Positions 1 to 14,700 of a stretch of DNA of 64,000 nucleotides are shown here, one piece after another. The notes beneath the pieces were generated by a model. The model searched no databases, was not told the DNA's origin, and saw nothing but the letters and a program-made list of their open reading frames with translations. This DNA comes from Tubulanus polymorphus (lineage: Eukaryota; Animalia; Nemertea): the NCBI RefSeq assembly GCF_964204645.1, contig NC_134031.1, forward strand, positions 3,720,001-3,784,000, given 5' to 3'. The translations under genes were made by a program, and so were the position numbers. Position 1 is the stretch's first letter. Each line of letters begins with the position of its first letter.

Positions 1-3000
1 ATTGAACTGAAGTCATCGTAACTTTATTCCATATACAGATGATTTAAACCATCAAGACCTTGGTCCGAAGAATATTGACATTTACAAAACTGTGACCAAC
101 TTACGACTTTTATAGACTTTTAGTTCGATGACTTAAACGTAATAACATTAATAACATGGCTATCATTTTGAAAAACTATTTAACCAAAGAAATTGTAACT
201 TTCACAGATGATTTCAACCACCTACAAACTGGGTTTGAAGAATAGCCATATTCTAATACTGTGACTTACAAAGCCTATTAGTTTGATGGCTTGTGAAGGC
301 AACGGGACCAAAGAAATAGTGACTTTCTTGTTCACACTGATTACACTGACCAAGTCATGACTTAAACACTCAGGATCTTCTATTCGACTGAAGTCTTGAT
401 TGAAACATGAAAGATGACTTCGATGATTGAAAATCTTAGCCCGGCTTTATTCAACGAATGCCTAGAAAAAGTAATATTCAATCTCGAGACCTGCAGCAAT
501 TTCCTCGACCCCGGTGAAATATGACGATCTTATCGACGAAAAAAAAAAAAACCCCCAATGAAATATTTGAGTCTCGGCGATCACGACAATGACAACAAAA
601 AACGATAAGTCAGCTGCGTGATAAATACGAATCCTTGTCAACGTACGAATCGGAAATGATTCGTTTCCCGCGGACGCAAAGCCGTGGATGTGATAGATGC
701 AGATTTAGCCAATTAATGGACACCATTCATCCCTGCCAATACCATTAACCATCGCGATCATAGTCGCCGATACTCTCCGCATACCTCATTAACTCTTTAG
801 CGCACGCACGCTACAGCTTCCCGACCGACCGACCGTCCGCTCGCAGGTTTCTGAGCAGCGCAATTCGACCGCAAGTGACAAAAACTCGATTTATCTGCAC
901 TGACGGAAAAAAGATACGATATGTAGACTCTAGTCTCTAGTCCTTGGCGATTTCAACTGATCATAGACCGTGCTAACATTTATGATTGTTCTATGAACAG
1001 TTGCCACAGGACATCTCTAGTAGGTTATCCAAGTTCCCGTGATCCCACATGGTCCCCACGGGTGCGGCAGATCATATACCATATAATTTCCATACATTTA
1101 AAAAATGCTCCGACTAAATTTATGGGGAATTGGTCTAAAAAAACGCCTTCTTCACTGGGACTGTAATTTATCAAAGCCTAAAAATCCATTATAAGAATAC
1201 CCTACGGCTCTAAAAGAGTGGTAAAAATGTGGTCTAAATAGAGGTGAGCCTTTAATCTAGAATACTGATAGTAATGTTCATCCCATCGATACAACGACAA
1301 ACCGCGCACTCCCCGCATGTTTACAATTCCTGCCTGCGTTGAAGATATCGAGCGAGCGGTTTTTTAATTTACGACTGATCCATCGAAAAACTGAGACGAT
1401 TCGTTTCATCAAAACACTGTCGACGTGTCAGGAAACCAAGTCAGTTATGTCAGCGATGAATTGAGATACTTCATACGACGCACGAGACCCGATGATTGTC
1501 ATCTTTCGACCTTGCAGTCAATTGTAACGAGTACGGTATATACTAATCTGTCGAAACCCTCAGCAGCCCCAGTTTATACGGGAGAACTGCGGGCGGTATC
1601 TATGTCAACCAGATATCGCCCAAGTGACGAGCATACGTATAGACAGATGACATCGAAACAACAAACTTCAAGTTCTGGATTCATAGACAAAATTAAACTT
1701 TGATCTATAAATAGGAATGGTTGTCCATCTATTCGGGCGCATCCCTTCCAAACCCAGCGCACGTGCCGGGAACGAAACATGATCAGTAAAATTAATATTA
1801 CATTTCCAATCTCGAAATGGGAATTGTCCCTCTCGATTGATACTTTTTTTGATATTATTTGAATTCAATTTTGTGCCCCTAATGAACCTGACACAGCTGC
1901 CCGGAATGAAACTGGGTTTAGTTTGAATAAGTTAGTAGACAATTTTGGTTCCAGTTCATCTAAACCTTTTCTTACTAAGTCTAAATCTTAAACATTAACC
2001 CTGCGATTAAAAACTGTGCAATCGTTTCACGCAAGCGTAATTCATGAAAGACGCATCGGTACCTCTCTCACGTTGAACGACGCTTTCAACGCGGAGCTCT
2101 TTCCACCGACAGCCGGCGGTCGAATCCAATCTAACCAGAGACTTCTCCGCGGCTAAAAGTCTGTTCACGATTAGAACACCTACGACGACGACGACGAACG
2201 GATCGCGCCAGCCATAAATATCAAATGGTCAATTGACGGCGGACACCTCGTATCTACTAGCCAGTGACAGCAAATCGATACTTTCAGGTAACGAGAAAAA
2301 GCCGCCCGACGACGACTTACGCATTCGCAGTGTATATAGAGCTTAACACCGTTTGAAGACGATAAGACGGTGTTCGTATTTGATTCGGCAACTGATCGCA
2401 TCTCGCAATATAAGTCGCGACGACGCAATCCGCTTGCAACCTCGAGATAAGTACGACGGGTTTTTTGACGAAAAGCTTCTCACGCAGGGTGAATCTACTT
2501 ACGCCCGCGCGCAAAGCTAAACGTAAATGTCACGAGTCAAACACCGGGACTGGTCGCAACGGAAGCCGACTTTCTGAATAGGTTAAGTTAAAGGCAGGCG
2601 TTCTTCAAACATAGAGATTTCTGAGATTGGCTGCAGAACCAAAGTTGTTAAGCCTGGCCGTACAGAACCAAAACAGTCACGATTAGCTAGCAATTAACTA
2701 GAACCATCAATAGGCTGTATTTTAAGTTTTAAGTAGTTAGATTCGCACAAATAAGTAAAATTATTGAAGCTAGGTCTTTAAATGATAGATTGGCTTAAAG
2801 AAAGGATAATGGATTAAGAATGGTCTTAGGTCTGACTTCGATCAGCTAGAGGCAAACGAGGTCATATCTACATTTTCCTACTTAACTATCTGGCCCCGGG
2901 TTAAACCCCACTTATCAACGAGCCCAGAGTTAACCCTTTCATTTCCAATAGCTATTTGTAAATGCGGCTTAAATCATTCGGCGGCCAGGTCCATCTTAAC

Positions 3001-4027
3001 AACTACAGGGTACATCCAACCATCATCGGATCCGTATATTAGATTATAGACAGATCGTGCAACAGACACATCAACTTCACTTCATGTCAATCAAGACTGA
3101 CCGCGCTCTCGCAGCGAGCGTGCATGCGAGAACCCGGCCAACAAAAGATAATGGCATAATGCTTATCGGCCGTAAATCAATAAGAATAGTTCGGTTAATG
3201 GCTACTTATCGGCGGTAAGGTCAATAAGCGCTAAGCACTGACAACGAGGACGATCAGCCAATCGATCAGCCAATCGGTGTAATAACCAACGTAAACTATT
3301 GTTATAATTGTCACCGCGTTTGATTGACAGGTCCGTCCGTCTGCTCTAGTATGTAAACACAAAGATCCACGTATAGATATTGATTACTATCGTGTTCGCG
3401 ATCAAAGGTAACCCGGTAAATTTAATGATAATCGAGAGAGAGAGAGCGCGAGAGATGAGATGGAAAGCTTTGTCGTCAAATTGAATAAAATGAAACTTTA
3501 AATATAACTCGGGGCGGTGTGTACCGGGTTACATCGTAGTAAAGTTTATAAGTACAAGTCAATACTGCTGGTTATAGGTGGAACAATGCGTTACATTTCT
3601 CACCAACAGAGACTTATGAATGAATGAATCTAACGCTCGAAAATTATCAAACTTCACGCTTTCTCAATATCATCTATTCTTCGTATTAATGGAAAGTTCG
3701 TGCTTATTATTATCTGGTTGTGTCGAATTGTAAGCGGTCGGACACTTCAATATCACCGGTATTTGTCTAAGCTTTAAAAGTGTACGCGGGCACAAAAGTG
3801 CACTCCTTGAAACGTTCCTACGTGTGCTATTGCGGTCGAAGTAAAAGCTGTTACGGTTGTGTGCGCCGCGCGCTCGCTTATTATTTCATTAATCAACAAA
3901 CCCCCGAATAATGTTTAATAAGCGATTCGGTGACAATTCTTATGAATGAAACACGAGCCCAGGCGGTCACTTGCACTCCAGACAGTGTAACATAATATCA
4001 CTGCGGGGTGTCTCGAAGAAATATGAC

Positions 4028-4207
4028 TGTAAACGTGAAGACAAATAGTACTTTGAAGTAAATTTATCCGGAGCAAGAGCCTACACTACTAATGCATAGT
4101 AGCTTCATCAGGTGAATTTTCTCTTGATTACCGATGAAGCTACTATACACTAGTATAGGTCATTAGTTAGTTAAGCCTCAAAGTACTTTTTGTTCTTAGA
4201 TTTACTG
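4028..4207. mobile_element. Foldback/MITE-like palindromic element
   Basis: Inner arms ATAGTAGCTTCATC / GATGAAGCTACTAT, with imperfect outer arms GTAAAC..CAAATAGTACTTTGA / TCAAAGTACTTTTTG..ATTTAC. Confidence 0.6.
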
Positions 4208-5319
4208 ATTCGACTGCAGGTCAACACGACGCTCCCATAACTATCTTCAAAATACCCTCGTCCACTAGCAACTTAACATTCCTCAAACCGAAGTCTCCTC
4301 ACTTTGTTTTCTCAAGGAACCAGTCACTCGAGTCTATTGAGAGCGCTACACGACCAATTACCATCGGGGCTTAAAACGGTCATCTCGAAGACAATCGAAA
4401 CCAACTGCGGTCAACTTGACCGCATAATTGACCGCAGTCCATTTTTGAGACGATCCGTAGATACTGTAACTCGCTTGCCACGCAACTGATTTCGACCATC
4501 TCGCCCTCAATGATATTCACAATACGTGAACGGTGACCACCAAGTCACGACCTTCAAAGAACTCGGCTGAATCACGACCTTCAAAGACATCCCCAGACCT
4601 TCAAAGACTCCCGCGATCGGCTTAAAAACTCGGCTGAATCATAACCGAGATGCCGTTCATTACGAACGCTTCGACGGACTTTTTAGACGACGACGACGAC
4701 GAACGTCCATGAAAAAACTCGATATCAGATTTATATGGTGCAGGTGTCCGCGTATTCACCGTCGCTCGTCGCACCGGAGAGATGGTGACTCAGCAGCAGA
4801 CGCAATCATCAGCAATACACCGACAACAGGAGGACACCTCGCAGGCATGTAATGACTCGACGAAAATCAAACTGCGCCGGGATTCCGTCGCTCGTCGTTT
4901 ACACCCACCGGGCGCTAGGCTATCATCAGCAGAACTACGTGTGTGTATCTTATCAACATTCCTTCTGAAAAATAATAATAGCATAACTCACACGCGGCGA
5001 TCTACTAGTGATCTACGGATGCGCGAGTGAGGGTGTATGCGAAAAATGTAGCGGATAAGATCTTACGAAAACAACGCGGGCGTAGATGACGATAAAGAAT
5101 ACATGGTGAAAAAACGGCGGAACGCGACGATGATAGAGAGTGCGGGAGTGCGCAAAATAGTCACCTGATACTGAGAAAAAAATGGTGGAACTCGGAATTT
5201 AATGGATACCAGTTGATGATCGTGAAAGTAAACCTAGTGACAAAGATTAGAGAATTCACCTGCAATCGAATTCAAGAAACCAAGGTTGACAGATTGAAAG
5301 ATGGACCTTTTTCACCAAA

Positions 5320-5490
5320 TTTGGCCCGTGCCTAATTAGCTGGCATGTTCACACGTAAACCATGGTCCGACATTTTTGGTCAGGCCAAACAGGCACGAGC
5401 CCATATTTGGCACCCTTGTGAACAGTTGTTCCGGGCCTAATTTGGCACGGGCTAAAAACGCTCTTGGGACCGTCAGTAAAGAGGCTGTAA
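5320..5490. repeat. Dispersed repeat family (TTTGGCCCG/GGCACG/TTCACAC motifs)
   Basis: Similar degenerate segments at about 7040-7120, 34140-34330, 38830-38910 and 44320-44580. Confidence 0.55.
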
Positions 5491-8400
5491 ATAGTTCACC
5501 AATTTGAACAGAGGCGGGTTTTGATTGAAAGTATTGCGGTTTAGAAGCAGCATCTCTGTACCGATTCTCGATTCCGGAATAGACAGCGGGGCGTTCCGGA
5601 ATCTGTTCAGAGACCGAGTCGAGAATAGCATAACTATATCTCAGACAGTCAGTGAACTCGACGGCCGTTTCAGACATGTGAAATACTTCACCGAATTACA
5701 CAACCATTTATATTAGCAGACGTTGAAAATCGGGGAAACATAAAACGACGACGACGATCGGATGATGATTCTATCCACTTATCTATGTCACCCGCGGACG
5801 ACGTTTATAATATAGAGAACCGAGTCGCAAAACGCCAAATGAATATCAAAAAACGACTAATAGCGTTTCGAGGAGGCAGACGCATAATCGTCGCGCAAAG
5901 TGACAAAGTGTCAAACGAAAGCGCGCGCGTTATGACAGACGACGAAAGTGAACAGCCGAAGTGGCTTAAAACGCCTTCGAAAATAGATGACATTTTATGC
6001 ATTCTCCGAGTCGTCGTCGGGTTCCGTCGGCTGTACACGAGTAAACTCATAAAAACAGCCGCAGCTCTCGGCGAGCTTACGGCTTCTGGCACGACGACAG
6101 GCGACGAAGTCTCGTCGGCATCTCGTGAGACCGACTTGTTGGAAACGGAAGATAAAGTCGCGTACGCGGAAATAAAGCGAAAAACGTTCATTTCGATGAA
6201 TGTCAAAAGCTGATGAGCTTTTCTAAAAACAGATGATATTCCGAAAATGCGGCAAAATCTATACTTCTTCAACAAACGCTATCCTTTATTCAGGTCAAGG
6301 TGATGGGAAAGGTTGATTACTGTCGTGCGCGGATTTTTTCCTGACTAACACAAGAAGAAAGTTATTCATCAAATGCAGGCACAATGTGAAAAGAGGTATC
6401 TGCCCAATCAAAGGACATGCCAAAAAACTGTTGCTTATACCTTCAGAGCCAAAGGGATTCGCAACACCCCCAGAAGCCTATTTCATTAATAGACCCTTGA
6501 TTTTAATGACAATCATTTCATCTGGTTGAATATCAAACAGGTTCCACAGATGAGTAACAATTTGATATCTGAAAATGAACTACATGTAATTCAAGTCTTT
6601 GAGTCTAAGGACCCAGAAGCACATAAAATGTATTTTGTGTTTCAGAGTCAAAAGCCAGTAAGCGTTTCTGTTTTTGTGGTTGCGGATTTCTGTACTACTG
6701 TTATTTGGTTAAGTTGTCAATAAACTAATGGCGTTCGATGATAATGGTCCCAAATATGACGACAAAATAAATGAGAGTTTGACTATAGCTGCATTAACAC
6801 TGTTATGTCATCTAGAGTGGTCCAAATTAATTTAGTCCTTTCATGGACGTCTAGTTTATACGTCCACGGTCAGTTCCAATTTGGAACGGACCGAGTATTC
6901 ACGCAGGGAAAAAGTTCATACTATCAACTGGCCCATTCCATTTTAGAATGGACCAAGTTAGACTGACCAGAGATAAATCTCCGCAGTATGCACGAATAAC
7001 AGATTTCAAAATGTTTGAGAACGCACAGGTACTGTTCGGTCTTATTAGCCGCGATCACACGGAGACGATTTGGCCCGGGTCAGACCAGTCAAATTTGCCC
7101 TTGGCCAAACACGCTGGCATAATCGCAGCTTCGGTTGTTTGAAGGTACAATCAAACCGACAGACTAACGACCAATCGCGTGAACACGATGTATTTCAGCT
7201 TAGGCCTATAAGAATGTATAGATTCTCCGCCGTCTTTTTAATTGGCAGCCATTAAACCAGGTGCAAAAACATCGCATTAGATCGCATTGGATCGTGGTGT
7301 TTTTCCTCGTATTGAAACTCATGTTCGGAGTGAAGAACACCCAATAAATGGATAGATATAGATACCCACTCGCCAGAGAGAGTGGAGAGATAGAGCGGAG
7401 AGAGAGCGGAGAGAGAACGAGAAGATCGTGGGAAAATAGAACATCAACTTAAAAACATATACACTCATTCTCTCTTGAACTGACTACGAGTGGCTGCTTG
7501 TAAAAATGACGTACCGACGAAAATCACATCGAAACCATCGAAGAGGTCTGATTTCTACAAATTAGCTACTTAACTATCGTCGAAAAACAAATCACAAATA
7601 CCGGCAGATTTACGATATAAACCACTTCAAACGGGAGAGAAGATTTTTTGCCGAAACCGTGCGAAGAGACGATCTCTTGATCGCGACAGAAAAACTACGT
7701 CGCGAAATAGACGTAGAAATACACGATAAAAGAGAATTACCCTATGAATATAGATTGTGAAGTGTATGTCATAACACCAGATCGGCCATTACTCCCTGAT
7801 TGCTTAAAGTAAAGCGATGATCGCGCGGGGAAGATTTGGTTTCGGGTCAAACTGTTTCGAACCAGACCGGAGTCAAATACGCCCCTTGCCTTAGAGAGCA
7901 CTCACAAGTAAACCACTAACTAGATACTAAAACGCTATCAAAGATGCCGTGGCAAGCGAGGTGAGACACTTCCGGAACAGTTAGCATCATTCGGCATAAG
8001 ACCACAGCTCAAAGATGCGTAGGGCCAGACCCCAAAAATAGTACCTAGAGCAAAGAAAAGGTCCCCCATAAATGTTGCCATAATTCTGCAAATGGGATAG
8101 GTAACGAATTTCGGCTATATGTATGAAATCCATTGGTCCTGAGAGACAGATTGATGATAAATAAGGGATTCCCTGGACTTCTTTTTGCTTGGAGTAAGGG
8201 TACCGAACACAATGGGGGATTCCCTTGTATATTCGGCTCAGATGTACTGGCATACCTGTACTGGGATACCCCTCCTTTCTAAAGGTTTGATTATTTCAAA
8301 AGTTAGGTTGGGTATGTGGGTAAAAACCACTTCAATACGTAGCTAAGATGCTGGCCTATGAGCCATAAGCAGGATTCCCCCTGAATTTACGCGCTTATAT

Positions 8401-9254
8401 ATGAACTAAATTCTCGAATTTCTTGTTTTTACTATAGGATATAGAAGATTTTGGAATAGTGGTCTGAGCTCATTCAGCACAGGCCTGGTCGGACGTTTTG
8501 ACCAGGTTACGGACGTCTACACCAACAAACATCTCCGCCATTTCCCAGGTAATAATAAACACCACATCACTCGCCTGCCGATAATAATCGGGCTTTTAAA
8601 GAATGAAAGTGCAATGAAGGGAAGTAGAAATGCTTTTTCATCGCATGGGAAAATATTTTTATCCAACGACATTATCGAGTGCCCACGTCCACGGAAATCC
8701 TGATAATTGTATTTCACGTTTGTTTTCAATAGTCAAGCGTGTGCCGCGCCAGAACGAAAACTAAATGACCCGTTCACGTATACACAACATTCCCACAGAT
8801 ATACAGAAAAAAATAGGGAAGGGAATTGACGTCGTATTAATTTGATTTGCGTGTTGTTGCTATTGACCTGAATTCTACGACTGTTTATAGTCTCCCAATC
8901 AACGACAATTATAGAAAATAATCTTATCTATAAACGGCACGTACATAAACAACTACTTCACAATTGACAATCAATTATATCGACTTCAATGAACATTATG
9001 ATTTTTGAAAAGAGAGTAGTAGTAATGTGAAATGCCCCCCCCCCCCCCGGAAACCTTAGTTTCATTACTCCTATTCTATCATTCAGCTGCCTGATGATAG
9101 CTAGGCCTACCACTCTAGTTATTCCTGTACCAGAGCCCCCATAACAATCCCAAAGTCAGTGTCCCCAAAAACTCTATCAATTGGGACCCCTTCGCTTTCC
9201 CATAACAAATGCCTGGAACCTCCTAACTCCCTTATACTAGTAAAGGAGCCTGCT

Positions 9255-9520
9255 AACACTCCTATACCACCAAGGGGCCTCCTACCACTCTTATAGTAGT
9301 ATAGCATCCAACACTCCTATACCACCAAGGGGCCTCCTACCACTCTTATACTAGTGTAGCATCCAACACTCCTATACCACCAAGGGGCCTCCTACCACTC
9401 TTATAGTAGTATACCATCCAACACTCCTATACCACCAAGGAGCCTCCTACCACTCTTATAGTAGTATAGCATCCAACACTCCTATACCACCAAGGAGCCT
9501 CTAACACTCCTTTACCAACA
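9255..9520. repeat. 55-bp minisatellite, about 4.5 copies
   Basis: The unit CCTATACCACCAAGGGGCCTCCTACCACTCTTATAGTAGTATAGCATCCAACACT starts at 9261, 9316, 9371, 9426 and 9481. Confidence 0.95.
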
Positions 9521-10763
9521 GAAACTCCTAAACACCCCACATAATTTCACTAGATGATGACTACTATGTTACTAACTTTTATTAGGCCTATAGGCCTACG
9601 CTGAAACACTGTGGTTTCAATAAAAGATTTTTAAAGGCTATCTTCATATTTTCCGTATAAAGCATGCATTTAACGACTTGTTTCACAGAATAGCACAATA
9701 CTATAATCAAATTTAGGCCTATTTACATTATTTATCATCATAATCAGGTGAATTTTGCGCAGCATGAAATACCCTCATGTGCGCGCACCTAAGTGTAGGC
9801 CTTGGCCCACCCTTTTAGAAAGATGGCTTCATGGCTTTTTCCTGATAGGATAGCCTGAATTTTTTCTTTCTGCACAGCCCTAGTATCTACATGAAATTTT
9901 TCATATCAATGATATAGGTACTGATCGAGTACTCGCAATCTAACATTCAAGTTCCAAATAATAGGGAAAACCTGGGCTACAGAGCAAGTTCAAAGTAAAT
10001 GTCTTGAATAGCTCGGGAGGATTGCGAAATATCAACCATAGTGATGGACAATAGGCAACAAGCATAGTATGATGAAATAGTAGGAAATGCTATGCATTGT
10101 GAGATACTTAGTCATAGCGTATATGGCTTCACTGGTGACACCGCTGTCATTTCAAAACATTGTGTCCTGTTGTTTTAACAGGGACCAATTGTTTCTAATT
10201 GCTTTCAGTACATTCGGAGGACAATCAAATATCGTTTAAACAATAGGTTTGAACTCAGAACTATGGAAATATTGATTCACAATGGGTCCAATTCCATAGA
10301 ATTATTAACAGAAAAAAGGATTTAGGATTGAAAATTAACAATTTCAAGAATCAAAACATTTTGTTTTGTTTAAAAAAGCGAACACAGATTTATATTGACC
10401 TCTTAACAAGTTGATATGGGTTTTTCATTAATCTATGGCACTGGGTATCGACACAGAAAAAAGGCTAGGTCAGTAGGATAGTCATCATGATTGTTGATAT
10501 TTAATGGGTTTCAACATCATTAGACCTGATGTTGCAATGGACATATGAATATTTTAGGTAGACATATATTGTTAGTGAATGGTCAGTCAATCCTGACATT
10601 GACATAACGATTAGTTAATTAGGCTTATTGCTAATTAACAAATTTCGATATTAGGCTATTCTGAATCATTAAATTTTAAACCCACATGATTAGTCAGTTA
10701 AGTGACATTATGAAAGATAAATAAAAAGTAGGTTAGAATAGAAAACCATTAGGTGACACCTAC

Positions 10764-10902
10764 CTAGACGTATCCTAGCTTCATCCAGCCTCTGTATTTC
10801 TCTCTCGAGATGGAAAATCACGTAGAAAATGAACAGCAAACAAGCGACTCCTGCAAACCAAACGTGCTTAGTCTGCATGCCTCTAACCGATCTTAACAGC
10901 AT
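10764..10902 (-). CDS. HS2ST1: Heparan sulfate 2-O-sulfotransferase, first coding exon; remaining exons apparently left of the window
   Basis: Translates MLLRSVRGMQTKHVWFAGVACLLFIFYVIFHLEREIQRLDEARIRL, then a phase-1 donor (G|GTAGGT). This is a type II TM anchor followed by HLEREIQRLDEARIRL, resembling the remembered human HS2ST1 segment FLENQIQKLEESRSKL. A probable non-coding exon ends at a GTAAGT donor near 11276. I found no sulfotransferase (YNRVPKT) exon in 1-10763. Confidence 0.75.
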
Positions 10903-11712
10903 CACACCATGTTGACGTCCTGATAACTGTGTGAAGGCGTATAGTAATCCGGTATTTTCAGGAGGATAGGTTTTGACAGTCGAAAAGCGCCAAGTGAACT
11001 GCCATTTCATTCACTATGTAGTAGTAGTATATGAGACGAGATATGAGACATAATAGTAAAAGCGATAATAAGCCTCCCGAAACGGCGAGCAATGATTTGT
11101 TATAGATGAATATAGATCATTCAAATTGAAATCCAAAAATACGATTTCTTTTGAAATACGTATTTTTTATAATCAAGAATGATACTATTTGATAAGTCAT
11201 CTCAAAACTGACGCAAAATCTATATTCTATACTGTTCGACGTTTCGGCAAATAGGTAGTGTTATATACTCACTTACTTCACTCGCTTGCCGTGGGTAGCT
11301 TCTCCGCGTACCAGTGTAGGTTCTCTATTGGCGGAGCAAAAACGCGTAATTTTTTTCCTATCGGATAAAAGCAGCGTAGCCTAATAGACGAAAATACACT
11401 TCGAATTTTTGTCTTCATGTTGTATGAAGACGAAACTAATACATTACATAATTCAGGTTGTGTGGATTTCATTTCGTATAATTTCTATCTGCCAAAATAT
11501 ACAAATAGATCAACCTACAGGTTCACTTTTGCCTTGGCTTGAAGTAACAAACTCCTCAGTGTTAATCTAAAGCCTTTAAAATTGGAGACTGGACAATGCA
11601 ATGTCCCCGAAAACAACTCAAACATGCTGCCTTAGACATCCATAAACAAATTTCAATTTTTTTCTTATTTACAAAATTTATTTATATTACAAAATATATT
11701 TGTACATATTCA

Positions 11713-14700
11713 TTATGATTTAGCCAACCGATAAACACCGCCTGAATAGACAAGTTTTTGTTCTTTTACTTTGCGGTCGAGAAATTCTTTCAATTCGGGA
11801 ATACTGCATTCGGTCGTCGTGGGATTGACGGCGAACATTTTCAACATCGAATGAATTCGGTCTAACGGCAACGATTCTAAATTCGTCAACATTCCGACAA
11901 CGTATGACCAGTAAACCTACGAAACACAAGCGAAAATAATGAATTTGAAATGCTGCAAGTTAAATGAGTTTAAAATGTATAGAGTAAAGGGAGTCTGAAA
12001 AGATAAAATAAAAGTGAGTTCAAGATAAGATAAGACATTTTGAAAAGATGAAATTCAAGTTTAAAATGATAAAAGTGAGATTGAGAAAGCAGTTAAGTGA
12101 GGTTAAAGTAAGATTGAAATGATTGAAGCAAAGTGAGTTTGAAAGGATAATATAACAGTGAGTTTGAGATAACAGTTTAGTCATTTTGAAATGATGAAAT
12201 TCAAGTTTAGAATGATAAAAGTGGAGTTTGAAATTAAAGTTAAGTGAATGAATTTGAGAGAAAAAACTGAAATGAGTATGAAATGATCGTTGATTGAGTC
12301 ATGAAGTTTCTACCTGTAGTTCTTCTTCGCGTTGATCTTCCGACGAGGCCATCGCCGATTCCATTTCATCCTCTTCGAGCGGTATTATATCGTGATGCCT
12401 TCCTTTGTGTTCTTCGATCAGTATGAACGTATCAGCCGATTCCTCTTTCAGTATTCCTTGACTTTGCCAGAATGTGATTTTACGCCGCAATGCCGACACG
12501 GGCATGTGCATCACCGCGCTTAAACCGTCTAACGTCCATTTCTCTGTAAAACATGGAAGGTGATACATTTGTGAACATTTTGTTTCGATCATTACAAATC
12601 CGATGTCAATCAAGGTGAACTATAAACAGTGTTATTTGTGAAATATATATAACGAAATCAAAGTCTCACAATAGATGACTAACAAGAAAGTATTTTCATT
12701 TAACAAAGATTTAACAAAAGTTCTTGGAAAGATTGATTTTTGGAATTTTTTACTCAACAAGAAATTTTCGTTATTTTAATAGATCATGAGAGAAAATTAT
12801 AACTTTAATCAAAACAAGCAGAAACAGCTTATTTGCATGTCTAAACAAATGCTTTGCCAGGTGCTAGGACCGTTTTCAAAGAAAACTCTTTCTCTTGATA
12901 ACAAGTGAAGATCATCTATAATTCACTTGTACCAAGAGCTTCTGTGAGCACTGACCCTGTTCTTGAAAATGCCAGAGTATCGTAGCTTGAACTGGCGACA
13001 CATTGAGATTCAACTTCTTATCTTTCAATTCGATATCAATATTCATCAGACCTAAAACGAGAGAGAATATTAGCGTGAGAACTCCAGAAAGTTTTGTTGT
13101 ATGTTACAAAGTTTGGCTATAGTGAATAAAGTACCCGGTACCTAAATGCGGTTTCCAGCTCAACGATCGATTTCCTTTCAGCATTTCGAATGATTTAGTA
13201 TAGTTTTCAAGCGATGAATTCCACGGCGGTGGAAGCTGCAGTTTCTCTTCACGGAACGTCGGCCAGAATTGCGCCGACAAAACCATTGTGTTTATGGGAA
13301 CCATCTGAAAGTCAAATCACGAGAAATCATGAAATTCAAAATGAAACCAGCCCCAGCCAGTCAGAAAACCAGCCCCAGTTAAGTTAATACTTAATTTAAC
13401 AACTTAATTAAGTTAGCTACCGAATTAAGTCATTTTTTTAATGATAACATGGAACCAACAAAAAAAACTCACATTTTTCAGATCATCAGTTGTATTTTTA
13501 GCTGATTCGTCAGCGATATTGCTATTGATACGCCGCGAGTCTGCCACATCTTTCAACATCACCTCACAGTAGTGCAACTGAGCTTCGCCGAAACGTAACT
13601 TCAGAAGTTCCAGGTAACGAATCTCTTTCTCGGTGTCGTAGCTGAACTGCGTTAGAATGCGATCGGCGAGCAGATTGCGATATTCATTCACGAATAACTC
13701 CTTACTACCGTAAATATTAACGAGCATACTGATAATATCAGATGTTCGTCGACTTTTCGACGTTTTAGCTACAACGAAGAATAACGAGAGCGTTATGAGT
13801 ACCGGTAGTTAGTCTTAAAACAAGCATTGTTTCCCAAGTATTTCATCGGTGGTCTTTCAATTTTCCCAAATGGAAATAGGGCCTTCAAATAATACCAAAT
13901 ACTACAGGGGCGTCAACATTTAGTGGTGAATGGTTGATGAAAATAATTTTCAAGAAAAATTTGGCAACGAAAGATTCCGTTGGGCAAGCAATTCACATCT
14001 TGGAACTATGCTATGTGAAGTGTCAAATGATTTCCCAAATATTTCCCAGATTAGAAAAAAGTCAATTTCACAAATATTTTCAAACCAGGAAATATCATTT
14101 GGATATTCCCAAGTTTTTCATGATTTCCCATTACTGTGGAAACCATAAAGAAGATTTAAGACCATGTGAATAAAGTAAAATCGTGGAACTCACTCGGCCC
14201 CGTATTTACAAACCTGGATCAGCATCCACTGGGTCTGGCATCCAGTTCTCCCAGTCATCGTTTTCGTCGTCGCTGTGGTAACTTTCATCTAGCACGAGGG
14301 GTTGTCCCTTAATGAGTTCGTCGGACAAATCCGAACTTCCGTCTTCTGTTAAACTCGATACGATACATCGAACCGTGTCATCACGATTTCTATCAATCAC
14401 AAAACACACGCAAATCCTCAATAATCCGTAATGATGCAGAATAGATTAATTGATTTCATTTATGTCAGGAAGGCTAATCTCGTACCATGAATGAAAATAG
14501 TAATTCTACATTCAATACTTTAAGTAGGAAAATATTGAATTAATATCTGGGGCGAATGATAATACTAAGGCAATGGGCTCGGTGACAAGCAGAGTCTACT
14601 GTATTCAGGACCCGTCCAGTTCCAACATCCACTAACATACAAATAAAAATGCATCTTTTTTACCTCAATCAAAGCTACTTTTGATAACAGACAGCAAAGC

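Noticed and set aside
4080-4160. pre-miRNA-like hairpin
   Set aside because: It is the centre of a larger ~180-bp inverted repeat (MITE-like), and neither arm matches a miRNA I recognise.
5785-6275. Overlapping 142-aa (+) and 156-aa (-) ORFs
   Set aside because: No recognisable domain or exon context; likely chance ORFs in CpG-rich intronic DNA.
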